From Candidatus Poseidoniales archaeon (GTDB lineage Archaea; Thermoplasmatota; Poseidoniia; MGIII; CG-Epi1): a DNA stretch of 55,308 nucleotides. The notes beneath the pieces were generated by a model. It made no database searches and was not told the DNA's origin. It saw only the letters and a list, made by a program, of their open reading frames with translations. Both the position numbers and the translations under genes were made by a program. Below, in pieces: positions 30,079-39,189 of this stretch; position 1 is the first letter of the stretch; each line of letters opens with the position of its first letter. Location: the NCBI GenBank assembly GCA_045567955.1, contig JBJLBX010000033.1, positions 1 to 55,308 on the forward strand, in the 5' to 3' direction.

Positions 30079-30582
30079 ATGAATTTGTACTATTCTATTA
30101 TTGTAGCGATATGGTTAGCTGTTTTGTATGCTATTTGGGCAGCTACCAAAGCAGGAGACCCTGGATTTGGTCAAGTTGCATTCCTTGCAGGCGGGATATT
30201 TGCAACATTTTATCTAAGAAAAAGAAAATTAGAAAGACCTAGAATCAATTTAGATGATATCGAAATACCTGAAGCTGAATTTTCAGTAGAAATTGAATAT
30301 GAAACTGGAAAATACTTTTTTAGTGAAAAGGCATATAGAAGAATCATATGGTTTTCCAACATATTTGCCTTACTATCTATTAGCTTTTTCTTAGAAGCAT
30401 TTCTGACAAAAAAATATCTTTCATGGGGTGTTTTTTTACTAATTTTAGGAATGATTATATTTGTTATTCCTATTTTAATTCCTGTAAAAGATGATATTGA
30501 AACTCTAAAGAAAAGAGCTCAAAAAGAGAGATTGAAGGCTTGGAGTAAAGGTAAATCCAACCCTCTTGATGAAGAAGAGTGA
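30079..30582 (+). CDS. hypothetical membrane protein (4 TM)
   Basis: Four hydrophobic segments; co-oriented with the operon. Confidence 0.65.
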   Translation: MNLYYSIIVAIWLAVLYAIWAATKAGDPGFGQVAFLAGGIFATFYLRKRKLERPRINLDDIEIPEAEFSVEIEYETGKYFFSEKAYRRIIWFSNIFALLSISFFLEAFLTKKYLSWGVFLLILGMIIFVIPILIPVKDDIETLKKRAQKERLKAWSKGKSNPLDEEE

Positions 30583-31763
30583 ATCAATTACTTAAAAACG
30601 TCATTTCTCAAATCAAACCTGGTAAAGATGAGACGGAAAAAATAAAAAATTTAGCACAAGAATTAATTGATAAAAGTAATAATTTAGATAATCTAAATTT
30701 TGATTCATTGATAGTCGGATCTGTTGCAAAAAATACTTTTCTTAAAGGTGCAGACATCGACCTTTTTTTGAAATTTAATACCGATATAAATTTGAAAAAA
30801 GAGGGTTTAGATGTTGCCAAAAAGATTATTCCAAATGGAAGAGAACTTTATGCTCAGCATCCCTATCTAAGAGGTGAAATTGATGGAATAGGAATAGATG
30901 TTGTTCCTTGCTACTCTGTTGAAAATTCAACAAAACCGCTTTCAGCAGTAGATAGAACACCATTCCACACGGATTGGGTCAAAGAAAATATATCGGGAAT
31001 GGAAGATGATATTAGGTTAACTAAACAATTTCTAAAAGGATGTGGAGCCTATGGGGCTAATTCGGCAGTAGGTGGTTTTTCAGGTTATTTAGTTGAAATA
31101 TTATGTATCAAGTATGGTGGATTTGAAAATTTGGTAAATGAAATTGCTAATTGGAAACCGCCTATCCTTGTAGATAACATTGACAATGCACCAAATTCAC
31201 CAATTATGATTGCTGATCCTGTGGATTCTAAACGGAATGTGGCTGCTGGTGTAACACTAAGAGGGCTTGGATCTGCAGTCTTAGCATCTAAAGCGTTTCT
31301 TACTAAACCCACTTTAGATTTCTTTTTCCCAAAAAATAAGAAAAGACCATTTCAAGGATTTGTTACGACTGTGATAATACCTCATCCGGGAGGTAATGAA
31401 GAAACTGCATTGCCATGGCTCCAAAGACAAGGTCGTAAAATCTATAATGCTATTTCTGATTTTGAACCTATTGCTTGGAATGCAAATTTAGGAGAAGAAG
31501 GATATCTTGTATTTGAAACTGCATCAATTGAATTACCTGATATTATACCACATAAAGGTCCTGCACCATGGGATGATGGCGCTATGGATTTTCTAAAAAA
31601 ATATCCTGATTCTTCACTAAATGAAGATAGATTAGAAACTGGAAAGGCACCCCGTAATGCTACTATTGAACAAGTAGTACTGGAATTATTACCAAAAGCT
31701 AAAATTGAAAAGGGATTAACTAAAGGAGCTCAACCAATACAGAGAGTTCCCTGGTTAGATTAA
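30579..31763 (+). CDS. cca: archaeal (class I) CCA-adding enzyme
   Basis: VGSVAKNTFL..DIDLF, YAQHPY, DVVPCY, SAVDRTPFHT, GGFSGYLVE, DPVD..RNVAA. Confidence 0.93.
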   Translation: MNQLLKNVISQIKPGKDETEKIKNLAQELIDKSNNLDNLNFDSLIVGSVAKNTFLKGADIDLFLKFNTDINLKKEGLDVAKKIIPNGRELYAQHPYLRGEIDGIGIDVVPCYSVENSTKPLSAVDRTPFHTDWVKENISGMEDDIRLTKQFLKGCGAYGANSAVGGFSGYLVEILCIKYGGFENLVNEIANWKPPILVDNIDNAPNSPIMIADPVDSKRNVAAGVTLRGLGSAVLASKAFLTKPTLDFFFPKNKKRPFQGFVTTVIIPHPGGNEETALPWLQRQGRKIYNAISDFEPIAWNANLGEEGYLVFETASIELPDIIPHKGPAPWDDGAMDFLKKYPDSSLNEDRLETGKAPRNATIEQVVLELLPKAKIEKGLTKGAQPIQRVPWLD

Positions 31764-31779
31764 AAAAATAAAAAAGTTT

Positions 31780-31837
31780 GGTAACTTGGGAATCAAAATT
31801 CCCAAATTACCTTTGAGTGGAGACATAATCTCCACTC
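31780..31837 (-). terminator. tandem hairpins plus U-tract in the 3' UTR of the pilin gene
   Basis: GAGTGGAGA/TCTCCACTC 9-bp stem, and a 14-bp GGTAAYTTGGGAAT stem (U-G wobble on the minus strand) followed by a T-rich tract on the minus strand. Confidence 0.65.
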
Positions 31838-31855
31838 TGTTTTTGGTGACTAAAT

Positions 31856-32359
31856 CTATGCTTTTAGACTTATATCGTAACCGATTACATCACCATTAGG
31901 CTCGAACTTCATACGGAATGAGTAGTCAGTGACATCACTAACTCCTTCTAAATCCGAGTCTGGTTCAGCCGGGTGAACTTCGAACTTGTCACCTGGGCTC
32001 AACTTTCCATTGAAGTCGTTGTCCATGAATACTACAGCTTTACCCTGTCCAGAGTAATAACCATATACATCAGAGACTAAGCCATCAGTCTTTGTGTTTC
32101 CCTCTACATCTAGTAAGTACCAGTGTACAGAGTTTACGGAAACTTGTGGGTTAAGCTTGACAATAGATATTGTCCAGGTCCCCTGTCCGTCTGAGTTTGC
32201 GGTCATACTGCCGGTTGGTGCATTCTTGGTTGTACCACCAAGGAAACTGCTAGCCCAAACGTACAGTACTGCAGCCAGAACGACTGTAATAGCTACCATC
32301 AAAATGACAGCAATTACAGGTGAAACTGCCTGCTCATCGTTTACTATTCTTCGTTTCAT
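31856..32359 (-). CDS. archaeal type IV pilin (probable major pilin)
   Basis: EQA|VSPVIAVILMVAITVVLAAVLYVW class III signal; C-ending codon bias typical of highly expressed genes. Confidence 0.9.
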   Translation of the reverse strand: MKRRIVNDEQAVSPVIAVILMVAITVVLAAVLYVWASSFLGGTTKNAPTGSMTANSDGQGTWTISIVKLNPQVSVNSVHWYLLDVEGNTKTDGLVSDVYGYYSGQGKAVVFMDNDFNGKLSPGDKFEVHPAEPDSDLEGVSDVTDYSFRMKFEPNGDVIGYDISLKA

Positions 32360-32405
32360 TGTTGTGTCCTCTGACCTAAGTCAGAAATATAAGAATACTA
32401 GGACT

Positions 32406-32425
32406 GCATATATACCTTACGTTAA
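32406..32425 (-). promoter_or_regulatory. pilin promoter core (BRE-TATA), copy 1
   Basis: Minus-strand TTAACGTAAGGTATATATGC, identical to 33044-33063. Confidence 0.7.
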
Positions 32426-32493
32426 AAGAACTTGAATAGAAAAAATAGCATAAGCTAGAACGTTCTACTATTTTTCAAATTATTAAATCTATT

Positions 32494-33000
32494 CTAACTT
32501 GCAAACTGAGTATCGTAACCGATAGTATCACCGGTTGGATCGAATTTCATACGGAAAGAATAATCTGTAAGATCAGTAGCTGACTCTAATTGAGTTCCAG
32601 CTGCGCCAGGATAAATTACGAATTGGTCACCAGGGCTTACTTTAGCATCAAAGTCATTATCAATATAAATTACAGCTTTTCCTTCACCTTCTTTGTAACC
32701 ATAAACATCTGAAACCATACCTTCTACTTTTGTAACATCAGTATAATCCAAAAGATACCAATGCACTGAAGTGATTGAAACGGTAGGACTCATTTTTATG
32801 ACACTAACTTTCCAAACATCACTTCCATCGTTCTCAACCATCATACTGCCAGTTGGTGGACTTTTTGGAGAACCGCCAATAATTCCGCCTAACCATGCAT
32901 ACAATACTGCTGCCATTACTACAGTAATAGCGACCATTAAGATAACGGCAATTACTGGAGATACAGCTTCTTCATTCTTGTTAATAATTCTGCGATTCAT
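32494..33000 (-). CDS. archaeal type IV pilin paralog
   Basis: EEA|VSPVIAVILMVAITVVMAAVLY; clearly homologous to 31856-32359. Confidence 0.9.
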   Translation of the reverse strand: MNRRIINKNEEAVSPVIAVILMVAITVVMAAVLYAWLGGIIGGSPKSPPTGSMMVENDGSDVWKVSVIKMSPTVSITSVHWYLLDYTDVTKVEGMVSDVYGYKEGEGKAVIYIDNDFDAKVSPGDQFVIYPGAAGTQLESATDLTDYSFRMKFDPTGDTIGYDTQFAS

Positions 33001-33043
33001 TTTATAGCCTCTGACCTAAGTCTAACTCTAGACGGCTGGGATA

Positions 33044-33063
33044 GCATATATACCTTACGTTAA
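33044..33063 (-). promoter_or_regulatory. pilin promoter core (BRE-TATA), copy 2
   Basis: Identical 20-mer to 32406-32425 at a similar distance from the ATG. Confidence 0.7.
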
Positions 33064-33582
33064 TCTATCTCTTCTGAGAACTAAGGCACCGATAATTGTC
33101 AGGAGAACTGTTATACTTGCTCCAGTCCAAGCTAAAGAAAGTGCCCATTCTGGAACTCCTGTATTGCTTTCAGCTAAAATTTCAGGTGATCTTAAAACTG
33201 AATCATATGAAGCCCATGTTGTCCCATTTTGAGTCATGAAAACTATTCTTAATTCAGCGTTTCCCTCTCCTAAATTAAATGATTCTGTGGGTGCCTGCCA
33301 ATGAAAAACCCAACCTTCACTACTGTCTGTTAAATTAATTTCTAAATTAGAGTCTCCGAACTCTTCAGTTTCACTTAACGTCCCATTAGTTGTTGTAACA
33401 ATAATATAAGAAACTGATGTAGAATTACTTACTGTAAGATCTATCTGATAAGATTTGCCACTTTCATAATGTAAATTATCGGGAATTCCATCGACACGGT
33501 ACAAATTATCTTCAGCCTGAACCGAAGGTAAAAATAAACCAATGGCAAACACCAAAATTAGATAATTTCGTAGTCTATACAT
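33055..33582 (-). CDS. secreted membrane-anchored protein, degenerate Reeler-like
   Basis: Signal peptide, DGIPDNLHYESGKSYQI, WVFHWQAP, C-terminal TM helix; resembles the 24631 protein without the CxCH. Confidence 0.6.
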   Translation of the reverse strand: MYRLRNYLILVFAIGLFLPSVQAEDNLYRVDGIPDNLHYESGKSYQIDLTVSNSTSVSYIIVTTTNGTLSETEEFGDSNLEINLTDSSEGWVFHWQAPTESFNLGEGNAELRIVFMTQNGTTWASYDSVLRSPEILAESNTGVPEWALSLAWTGASITVLLTIIGALVLRRDRLT

Positions 33583-33629
33583 ATGAAGTTATTATGTGAT
33601 TTTGTTATTCTATTTAAGAATACGTGCCA

Positions 33630-34301
33630 CTATCTAGTTAATCCTCTACTTTGTAAACTTTCAAGCATTAATCGTAACTCTGCTTCACGAAGGCCTAAGG
33701 ATACTGCTGCACTCTCAATCGTATAATCTTTATTATGCAAAATATAATGAAGTAGACGTCTTTCTTGATAATTACATTCTGCTGCCTGAGCTGTAATTGT
33801 AATTTCATTATTCAATTCACCAATTAGCGCCATCAAACTCCGTCTTTCGTTTTCAACATCATCTACTGATTTTCGTAAATCTTCAGAAACACGAGATAAT
33901 AAATCCATTCGGGCTTTTGATTCCATATGGTGTGATTCCTCTATAGCATCAAGAACTCTTTGATGTTGAGATGAAATACTGTTAATATCAAAATCTGTTT
34001 CAGCCTTTTGTTTGTACGTGGAGGGGCCTACATCTATGTGTAAAGAAACTTCTCTTGATGCATGATAAACTCTGCGGTTTGGGCCTCGGTTACTAGGTTC
34101 ATCCTGAGATTCTACAAGTCCATGCTTTTCCAAAATTTTAAGATGTTTAACAACTGCCTGCTGAGTTACGTCAATATCACGTGATAGTTGTTTGTGCATT
34201 TTAAGAGGATATAATCGCTCAACTGACAGCAACTGAAGGATTCTACGACGCGTTGGGTTCTCCAATAAATAGAACAATTCATCAATTTCTTCAAACGACA
34301 T
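33630..34301 (-). CDS. ArsR-family winged-helix transcriptional regulator with coiled coil
   Basis: LENPTRRRILQLL, QQAVVKHLKILE..GLV, GPNRRVY; ATG 34301 preceded by GGAGGT. Confidence 0.85.
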   Translation of the reverse strand: MSFEEIDELFYLLENPTRRRILQLLSVERLYPLKMHKQLSRDIDVTQQAVVKHLKILEKHGLVESQDEPSNRGPNRRVYHASREVSLHIDVGPSTYKQKAETDFDINSISSQHQRVLDAIEESHHMESKARMDLLSRVSEDLRKSVDDVENERRSLMALIGELNNEITITAQAAECNYQERRLLHYILHNKDYTIESAAVSLGLREAELRLMLESLQSRGLTR

Positions 34302-34396
34302 ATCAACCTCCGGTTGTATACCTACTGTTGTAATGGGATAATAAAAATTACTATTCGGTCCCAACAACCTTTAACTGATGTGTTTATTAGGCTATT

Positions 34397-34921
34397 ATGG
34401 ACTACCGGAAGCCCACAAAAAAAGTAATTGTTGAGGTTGTAACGGATGTTCTTAAAGAAAGAGGTTCTGTTGATACGCAAACAAAACTTCATAAGAAAGT
34501 TTTACAAAAATTAAAGAAAAAAGACAAAACATATAGATTATCTGCAGAAAGGATGAGGATTGTATCAATTCTTTCTAAAAAAATTAAAGTTAGTATTAGG
34601 ACAAGATCGGTTGGGGCGGCACCTGAACCTGACGAGAAAGATTTCAAAAAACAGGGACTTGGATATGACCCTGTAGTTAAAAGATGGAGGAGAATAAAGC
34701 CTGGTGATGACTTAAGTGGACACCATCACCATCGTGGTGAATTTGCTTCTCCAGGACAACCATGTCCTGTTTGTACTTCTCCATTAAGAAAAGTACACAA
34801 TGCCACTCTTTATGGGGGAGTTGTAGCAATTGGTTTTCGATGTGCTATCTGTGCTTATCTAACAGGCCATCGATGGAGAGAACCGTCAAGATATACATTT
34901 AGATTAAAAGGTGGAAAATAA
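34397..34921 (+). CDS. basic hypothetical protein with C-terminal Zn ribbon
   Basis: CPVC...CAIC, GHHHH, Lys/Arg-rich. Confidence 0.7.
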   Translation: MDYRKPTKKVIVEVVTDVLKERGSVDTQTKLHKKVLQKLKKKDKTYRLSAERMRIVSILSKKIKVSIRTRSVGAAPEPDEKDFKKQGLGYDPVVKRWRRIKPGDDLSGHHHHRGEFASPGQPCPVCTSPLRKVHNATLYGGVVAIGFRCAICAYLTGHRWREPSRYTFRLKGGK

Positions 34922-35908
34922 TTGGATATTGTCAACTACAAAGGAATCTGTCTAAGAGAAGGTAAGAGAGCAGTTTATCTTGATCCATCTCAGGGCAGGC
35001 CCGATGGAGCTGTAACACATGCGCATTCTGACCATTTAAGGCCGAATACACACATGACTAAACCTACTGCAGATGTAATGAAAGTAAGAACTGGAGCTAC
35101 AAAAGCTACCGTTCATGATTTCCATGAAAAATTTAAGATAAATGATTTTGAACTAGAATTTATTTCAGCAGGCCATGTAGTTGGTTCAGCGATGATTGAA
35201 TGTCATGATGTTCTCTATACTGGCGACTATAATCCATACGGTACAGTAACTGCAGGTATAGCAAAACCAAGAGATTGTGACACTCTTATTGTTGAATCTA
35301 CATATGGTAAACCTGATCAGACTTTACCCGATCGTTCAGAAGTATTGGAAGACCTAAAAGCATGGATTAGTACAACTTCTTCAAAGGGTAATGCAATAAT
35401 CGGGGCTTATTCACTTGGAAAAGCCCAAGAAATAATTGCAACGGCAAACCAAACTGGAATTACTCCGGCTGTTTCTGAAGTTGTTGCTTCTGTAAGTGAT
35501 ATTTACAAAAAATATGATATTCCTTTAGAATATACTAGATATGATGAATTAGATGAATCTGAAAAGAAGAATCCTGGATTGCTAGTTACATCTACAACTT
35601 CTGCAAGTGGTAAAAATCCAGATTCAATAGTTAGAGATTTGAGAGAAAGAGGTGCAAAAGTGGCTAGAGTCTCAGGATGGTGTGCTTTTGCAAAATGGGC
35701 TTTGAAAGGGGTTGATGCTGGATTTCCAATAAGTGATCATGCTGATTTTAGCTCAACCATGAAATTTATTGAAGAATGCAATCCAAAACAAGTCTATACG
35801 GTTCATGGATCTACCAAAGAATTGGCAAAGCAAGTAGAAAAACAACTTGGGATAAACGCTCAACCGTTACCTAAATATGGAGAAGTTGCACTAGAAACAT
35901 TTAACTAA
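34922..35908 (+). CDS. MBL/beta-CASP family nuclease
   Basis: THAHSDH, AGHVVGS, YTGD, VESTYG, YSLGKAQE, SDHAD, VHG. Confidence 0.88.
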   Translation: MDIVNYKGICLREGKRAVYLDPSQGRPDGAVTHAHSDHLRPNTHMTKPTADVMKVRTGATKATVHDFHEKFKINDFELEFISAGHVVGSAMIECHDVLYTGDYNPYGTVTAGIAKPRDCDTLIVESTYGKPDQTLPDRSEVLEDLKAWISTTSSKGNAIIGAYSLGKAQEIIATANQTGITPAVSEVVASVSDIYKKYDIPLEYTRYDELDESEKKNPGLLVTSTTSASGKNPDSIVRDLRERGAKVARVSGWCAFAKWALKGVDAGFPISDHADFSSTMKFIEECNPKQVYTVHGSTKELAKQVEKQLGINAQPLPKYGEVALETFN

Positions 35909-35910
35909 AT

Positions 35911-36558
35911 ATGAATCGAGGAAAACTTGTTTTGGTGAGGCATGGTCTTTCAGTCTATAATGACCAAAATAGATTTACTGGTTGGAAAGATGTAGAACTA
36001 AATCAACAGGGCAATGAAGAAGCTGAACAAGCGGGTTTGATCCTCAGAGGTATTGACTTTGATTTAGCATTTACTTCAAACTTAATAAGAGCTCAGAATA
36101 CTTTGGATATTATCTTAAAGAAAATTGATAAATTAGATCTTCCTATTGAGAAAGATGTAGCACTTAATGAAAGAGATTATGGCGATTTAATTGGTCAGAA
36201 TAAAACTGAAGCTGCAGAAAAATTTGGTTCTGAACAAGTACATATTTGGAGAAGGAGCTACGACATTCCACCTCCAGGTGGTGAATCCTTAAAAGATACT
36301 GCAGAAAGAGTAATCCCCTACTTACAAAAATACATCTTGCCTCATATTTATGACGGAAAAAATATTATAATTAGTGCTCATGGAAATAGTATACGTGCTA
36401 TTGTAATGTCATTAAAAAATTACACTCCTGAACAAATTTTGAAAACTGAAATTGGATGGTGTGAACCTTGGATATTTGATTTTGAAGATAAAAAATTGGT
36501 GAATCTTGAGATTATTCCAAGACCCGATATCAAAAGTATGAGCAGATTACCAGACTAA
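35911..36558 (+). CDS. gpmA: 2,3-bisphosphoglycerate-dependent phosphoglycerate mutase
   Basis: LVRHG, NRFTGW.DV.L, LNERDYGDL, WRRSYDIPPPGGESLKDT, AHGNSIR. Confidence 0.95.
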   Translation: MNRGKLVLVRHGLSVYNDQNRFTGWKDVELNQQGNEEAEQAGLILRGIDFDLAFTSNLIRAQNTLDIILKKIDKLDLPIEKDVALNERDYGDLIGQNKTEAAEKFGSEQVHIWRRSYDIPPPGGESLKDTAERVIPYLQKYILPHIYDGKNIIISAHGNSIRAIVMSLKNYTPEQILKTEIGWCEPWIFDFEDKKLVNLEIIPRPDIKSMSRLPD

Positions 36559-36812
36559 CGCTCTTCAGACCAGGATTTGATTAGGTCTAAATTGCCTTTT
36601 GTAGCTTTAACAATATTTTCACGACCCCACTCATCTTTTATCACAATGTCATTTCCACGAGCCAGAAGTGTAGCAGTTACAAAATACCCTGATTCTGATT
36701 TGAATTGTATTTCTAATTGACGCTTAGAACCTTCTCCTTCCCACACTACAGGATAACCTAGTTCATCATAGAAGTCACTTATCTTTTTCATGAACCTATC
36801 TCCTGCCGTCAT
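36555..36812 (-). CDS. hypothetical protein
   Basis: 85-aa ORF filling the gap, stop overlaps the gpmA stop. Confidence 0.6.
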   Translation of the reverse strand: MTAGDRFMKKISDFYDELGYPVVWEGEGSKRQLEIQFKSESGYFVTATLLARGNDIVIKDEWGRENIVKATKGNLDLIKSWSEER

Positions 36813-36894
36813 ACGTGTAGATACATCAAGAGACCTTTATTAATTAATGCTTACAGAGGAATATTTCTAAAGGCAGCACTCTTTAGACGGTCGA

Positions 36895-36970
36895 AGCCCC
36901 CTAGTGTAGCGGTCCATCATTCAGGCCTTTGGAGCCTGAGACCTCGGTTCGAATCCGAGGGGGGCTACCA
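36895..36970 (+). tRNA. tRNA-Gln(UUG), CCA encoded
   Basis: AGCCCCC/GGGGGCT acceptor stem with A1-U72, anticodon arm CAGGC-CTTTGGA-GCCTG, GGTTCGAATCC T-arm, ACCA end. Confidence 0.97.
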
Positions 36971-36972
36971 TT

Positions 36973-38466
36973 CTAAAGATTGTAAATTTTTGTATACTTT
37001 GTCTTCAAATATTTAACAAAATCATCACTACTTGGATCCTTGCCTGTTGCCTCTCTAAGCAAGTCTGCTGGTGGTAACTTGGAACCATGAACATGGATAT
37101 GACTGCGCATCCAATCTAATAATACTGTAAACTCTCCTTTAGCAATTTTGTTAGGGATACTTGGATCATCTGCTAAAGCTGCAGCGTATAATTGAGCCGC
37201 ATAAAGATTTCCAAGGGTATATGTTGGGAAATAGCCTATAGCTCCCATAGACCAATGAATATCTTGGAGGACTCCTTTTGCATCATTAGGAGGTGTTACT
37301 CCTAAATATTCTTCCATTTTGCTATTCCAAAAATCAGGTAAATCTCCAACTGATATTTTTCCATTCACTAATTGCTTTTCTATTTCATAACGAACCATTA
37401 TGTGCAAATTATATGTTGCTTCATCGGATTCTACTCGAATTAATGATGGTTCAACTGTATTTACTGCTCGATGCAATGTATCAATATCAAGGTCTGCAGG
37501 AAGATGGTCAAAGCATTTTTTGAATTCATCAATATAAAATTGCCAAAATTCTTTACTACGCCCAACCATATTTTCCCACATTCTTGATTGTGATTCATGG
37601 ATTCCTAATGAAACAGCTTGGCCCATGGGTGTACCTTCATGTTCTTCCAAAAGTCCTTGTTCGTAAGTTCCATGCCCTGTTTCATGCATTACCCCATAAA
37701 GACAGCCAAATGGGAATTCTTCATCATAACGTGTTGTAAACCTTACATCATTAGGTCCTGCTCCTGAACAGAAAGGATGAGTTGAGGTATCCATACGTCC
37801 TGCGCTAAAATCAAAACCTATACTTTCAGCTACTTTTATTGAAAATTCCCTTTGTTTTTCTTCTGAAAACTTACCAATATCTAAGAAACTAGTATCGGGT
37901 TGATTTGGACTTTCACTGACTGCTTTAACCAAAGGAACAATCGCTTCTCGGAGTCCTGAAAATAATGGATCTAATTGGGAAACAGTCATGCCTGGTTCAA
38001 AAATATCTAAAAGTGCATCGTAAATATTGTCTTCATAACCATAATATTCTGCAGTTTTACAGGTCAATTCTACTGTTTTTTCTAAATAAGGTTGAAATTT
38101 TTTGAAATCATTCTCAGAGCGAGCTTCTTGCCACACTTGCAATGCCTGAGATTTGTGGCGTGCTTTCTCTTCTACTAACTCTACTGGAAGTTTAGTTGCT
38201 TTATCATAAGATTGACGAACCTCGCGTACATTAGCTGCTTGTTCGGCAGTTAATTCTTGAGAATCTAAAGAATCTAATAATTCACCCATTACAGGATCGG
38301 TCATTCTACCGTGGGCTTGACTGGAAAGAAAAGCCATTATCTCTGAACGTAATTTACCGCCCTTAGGAGGCATCATTGTCTCTTGATCCCATCCCATTAA
38401 ACCAGTTAAACTGCCTAACAAATTTAGCTCTTTGACTCTACCTATGAATTCATCATATTCGGACAT
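36973..38466 (-). CDS. carboxypeptidase, M32 family
   Basis: WDQETMMP, HPFC, DVRFTTRY, HETGH (HExxH), HESQSR, IRVESDE, QDIHW, YFPTY; probable ATG 38466. Confidence 0.95.
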   Translation of the reverse strand: MSEYDEFIGRVKELNLLGSLTGLMGWDQETMMPPKGGKLRSEIMAFLSSQAHGRMTDPVMGELLDSLDSQELTAEQAANVREVRQSYDKATKLPVELVEEKARHKSQALQVWQEARSENDFKKFQPYLEKTVELTCKTAEYYGYEDNIYDALLDIFEPGMTVSQLDPLFSGLREAIVPLVKAVSESPNQPDTSFLDIGKFSEEKQREFSIKVAESIGFDFSAGRMDTSTHPFCSGAGPNDVRFTTRYDEEFPFGCLYGVMHETGHGTYEQGLLEEHEGTPMGQAVSLGIHESQSRMWENMVGRSKEFWQFYIDEFKKCFDHLPADLDIDTLHRAVNTVEPSLIRVESDEATYNLHIMVRYEIEKQLVNGKISVGDLPDFWNSKMEEYLGVTPPNDAKGVLQDIHWSMGAIGYFPTYTLGNLYAAQLYAAALADDPSIPNKIAKGEFTVLLDWMRSHIHVHGSKLPPADLLREATGKDPSSDDFVKYLKTKYTKIYNL

Positions 38467-38503
38467 AGAATAGGGGAATGGTGGGACAATTAAAAAGTTG
38501 AGT

Positions 38504-39157
38504 TTATTCAATACCGTTATTTGTTAAAACAAAGTCTTCAACCGATTCTTCAGGAAGTGATCTATGTTTCTTAAGTCTAACATGCCGTAAGCCTGGAGTT
38601 TTTGTTTTTTCCAAGTGTATTATTGTCTTAGAAAGATGCATTAATGATTTACCAAAATAAGGTCCAATTTCGCCATCTTTTTCGTAAACCTGAGCTGTAA
38701 TTAAAACAGGATAATCTCCTTTTTCAGCTAATGGTTGAAGAATAGAAGTCATTTCCAAAAATTGACGTGATGAGAGCTGTTTATTCTTCATGTAAGATAA
38801 ACGAACATAAGCATTGACTGTATCTACTATAACTAAAGATATTTTGTCATGTTCTTCTAATTTGCTAGTTAATGTTTGGTGAAGATCACTAAGGCTTGAA
38901 GGTCTGATTAATAATAGCTTAGAAGCATCTGAATCTCCAAAAATCTGTGCCATTCTTTCAAGAGATAATCCTTCAGTATCTACAAACAATACGGCATGGT
39001 CTGGGTACGATTTAATTGCCTCTCGCGACAATTGTAACGCCATACTTGTCTTTCCCGTTCCAGCTTCCCCATAAACAAGTGAAACAGTTCCTTGTTCAAT
39101 TCCACCTGCAAGTAGTTTGTCAACTCCTTCGCAAGCTGTAGGAAGTCTGGGAATCAT
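38504..39157 (-). CDS. radB: DNA repair and recombination protein RadB
   Basis: RecA fold GEAGTGKT, DTEGLSLER, C-terminal KHRS motif diagnostic of RadB. Confidence 0.92.
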   Translation of the reverse strand: MIPRLPTACEGVDKLLAGGIEQGTVSLVYGEAGTGKTSMALQLSREAIKSYPDHAVLFVDTEGLSLERMAQIFGDSDASKLLLIRPSSLSDLHQTLTSKLEEHDKISLVIVDTVNAYVRLSYMKNKQLSSRQFLEMTSILQPLAEKGDYPVLITAQVYEKDGEIGPYFGKSLMHLSKTIIHLEKTKTPGLRHVRLKKHRSLPEESVEDFVLTNNGIE

Positions 39158-39189
39158 GTTCCCATCACTTCCATATGCCGTTAAACTAC

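Noticed and set aside
36895-36970. tRNA-Gln as integration site of a mobile element
   Set aside because: I saw no duplicated tRNA 3' end and no integrase; flanking genes are housekeeping.
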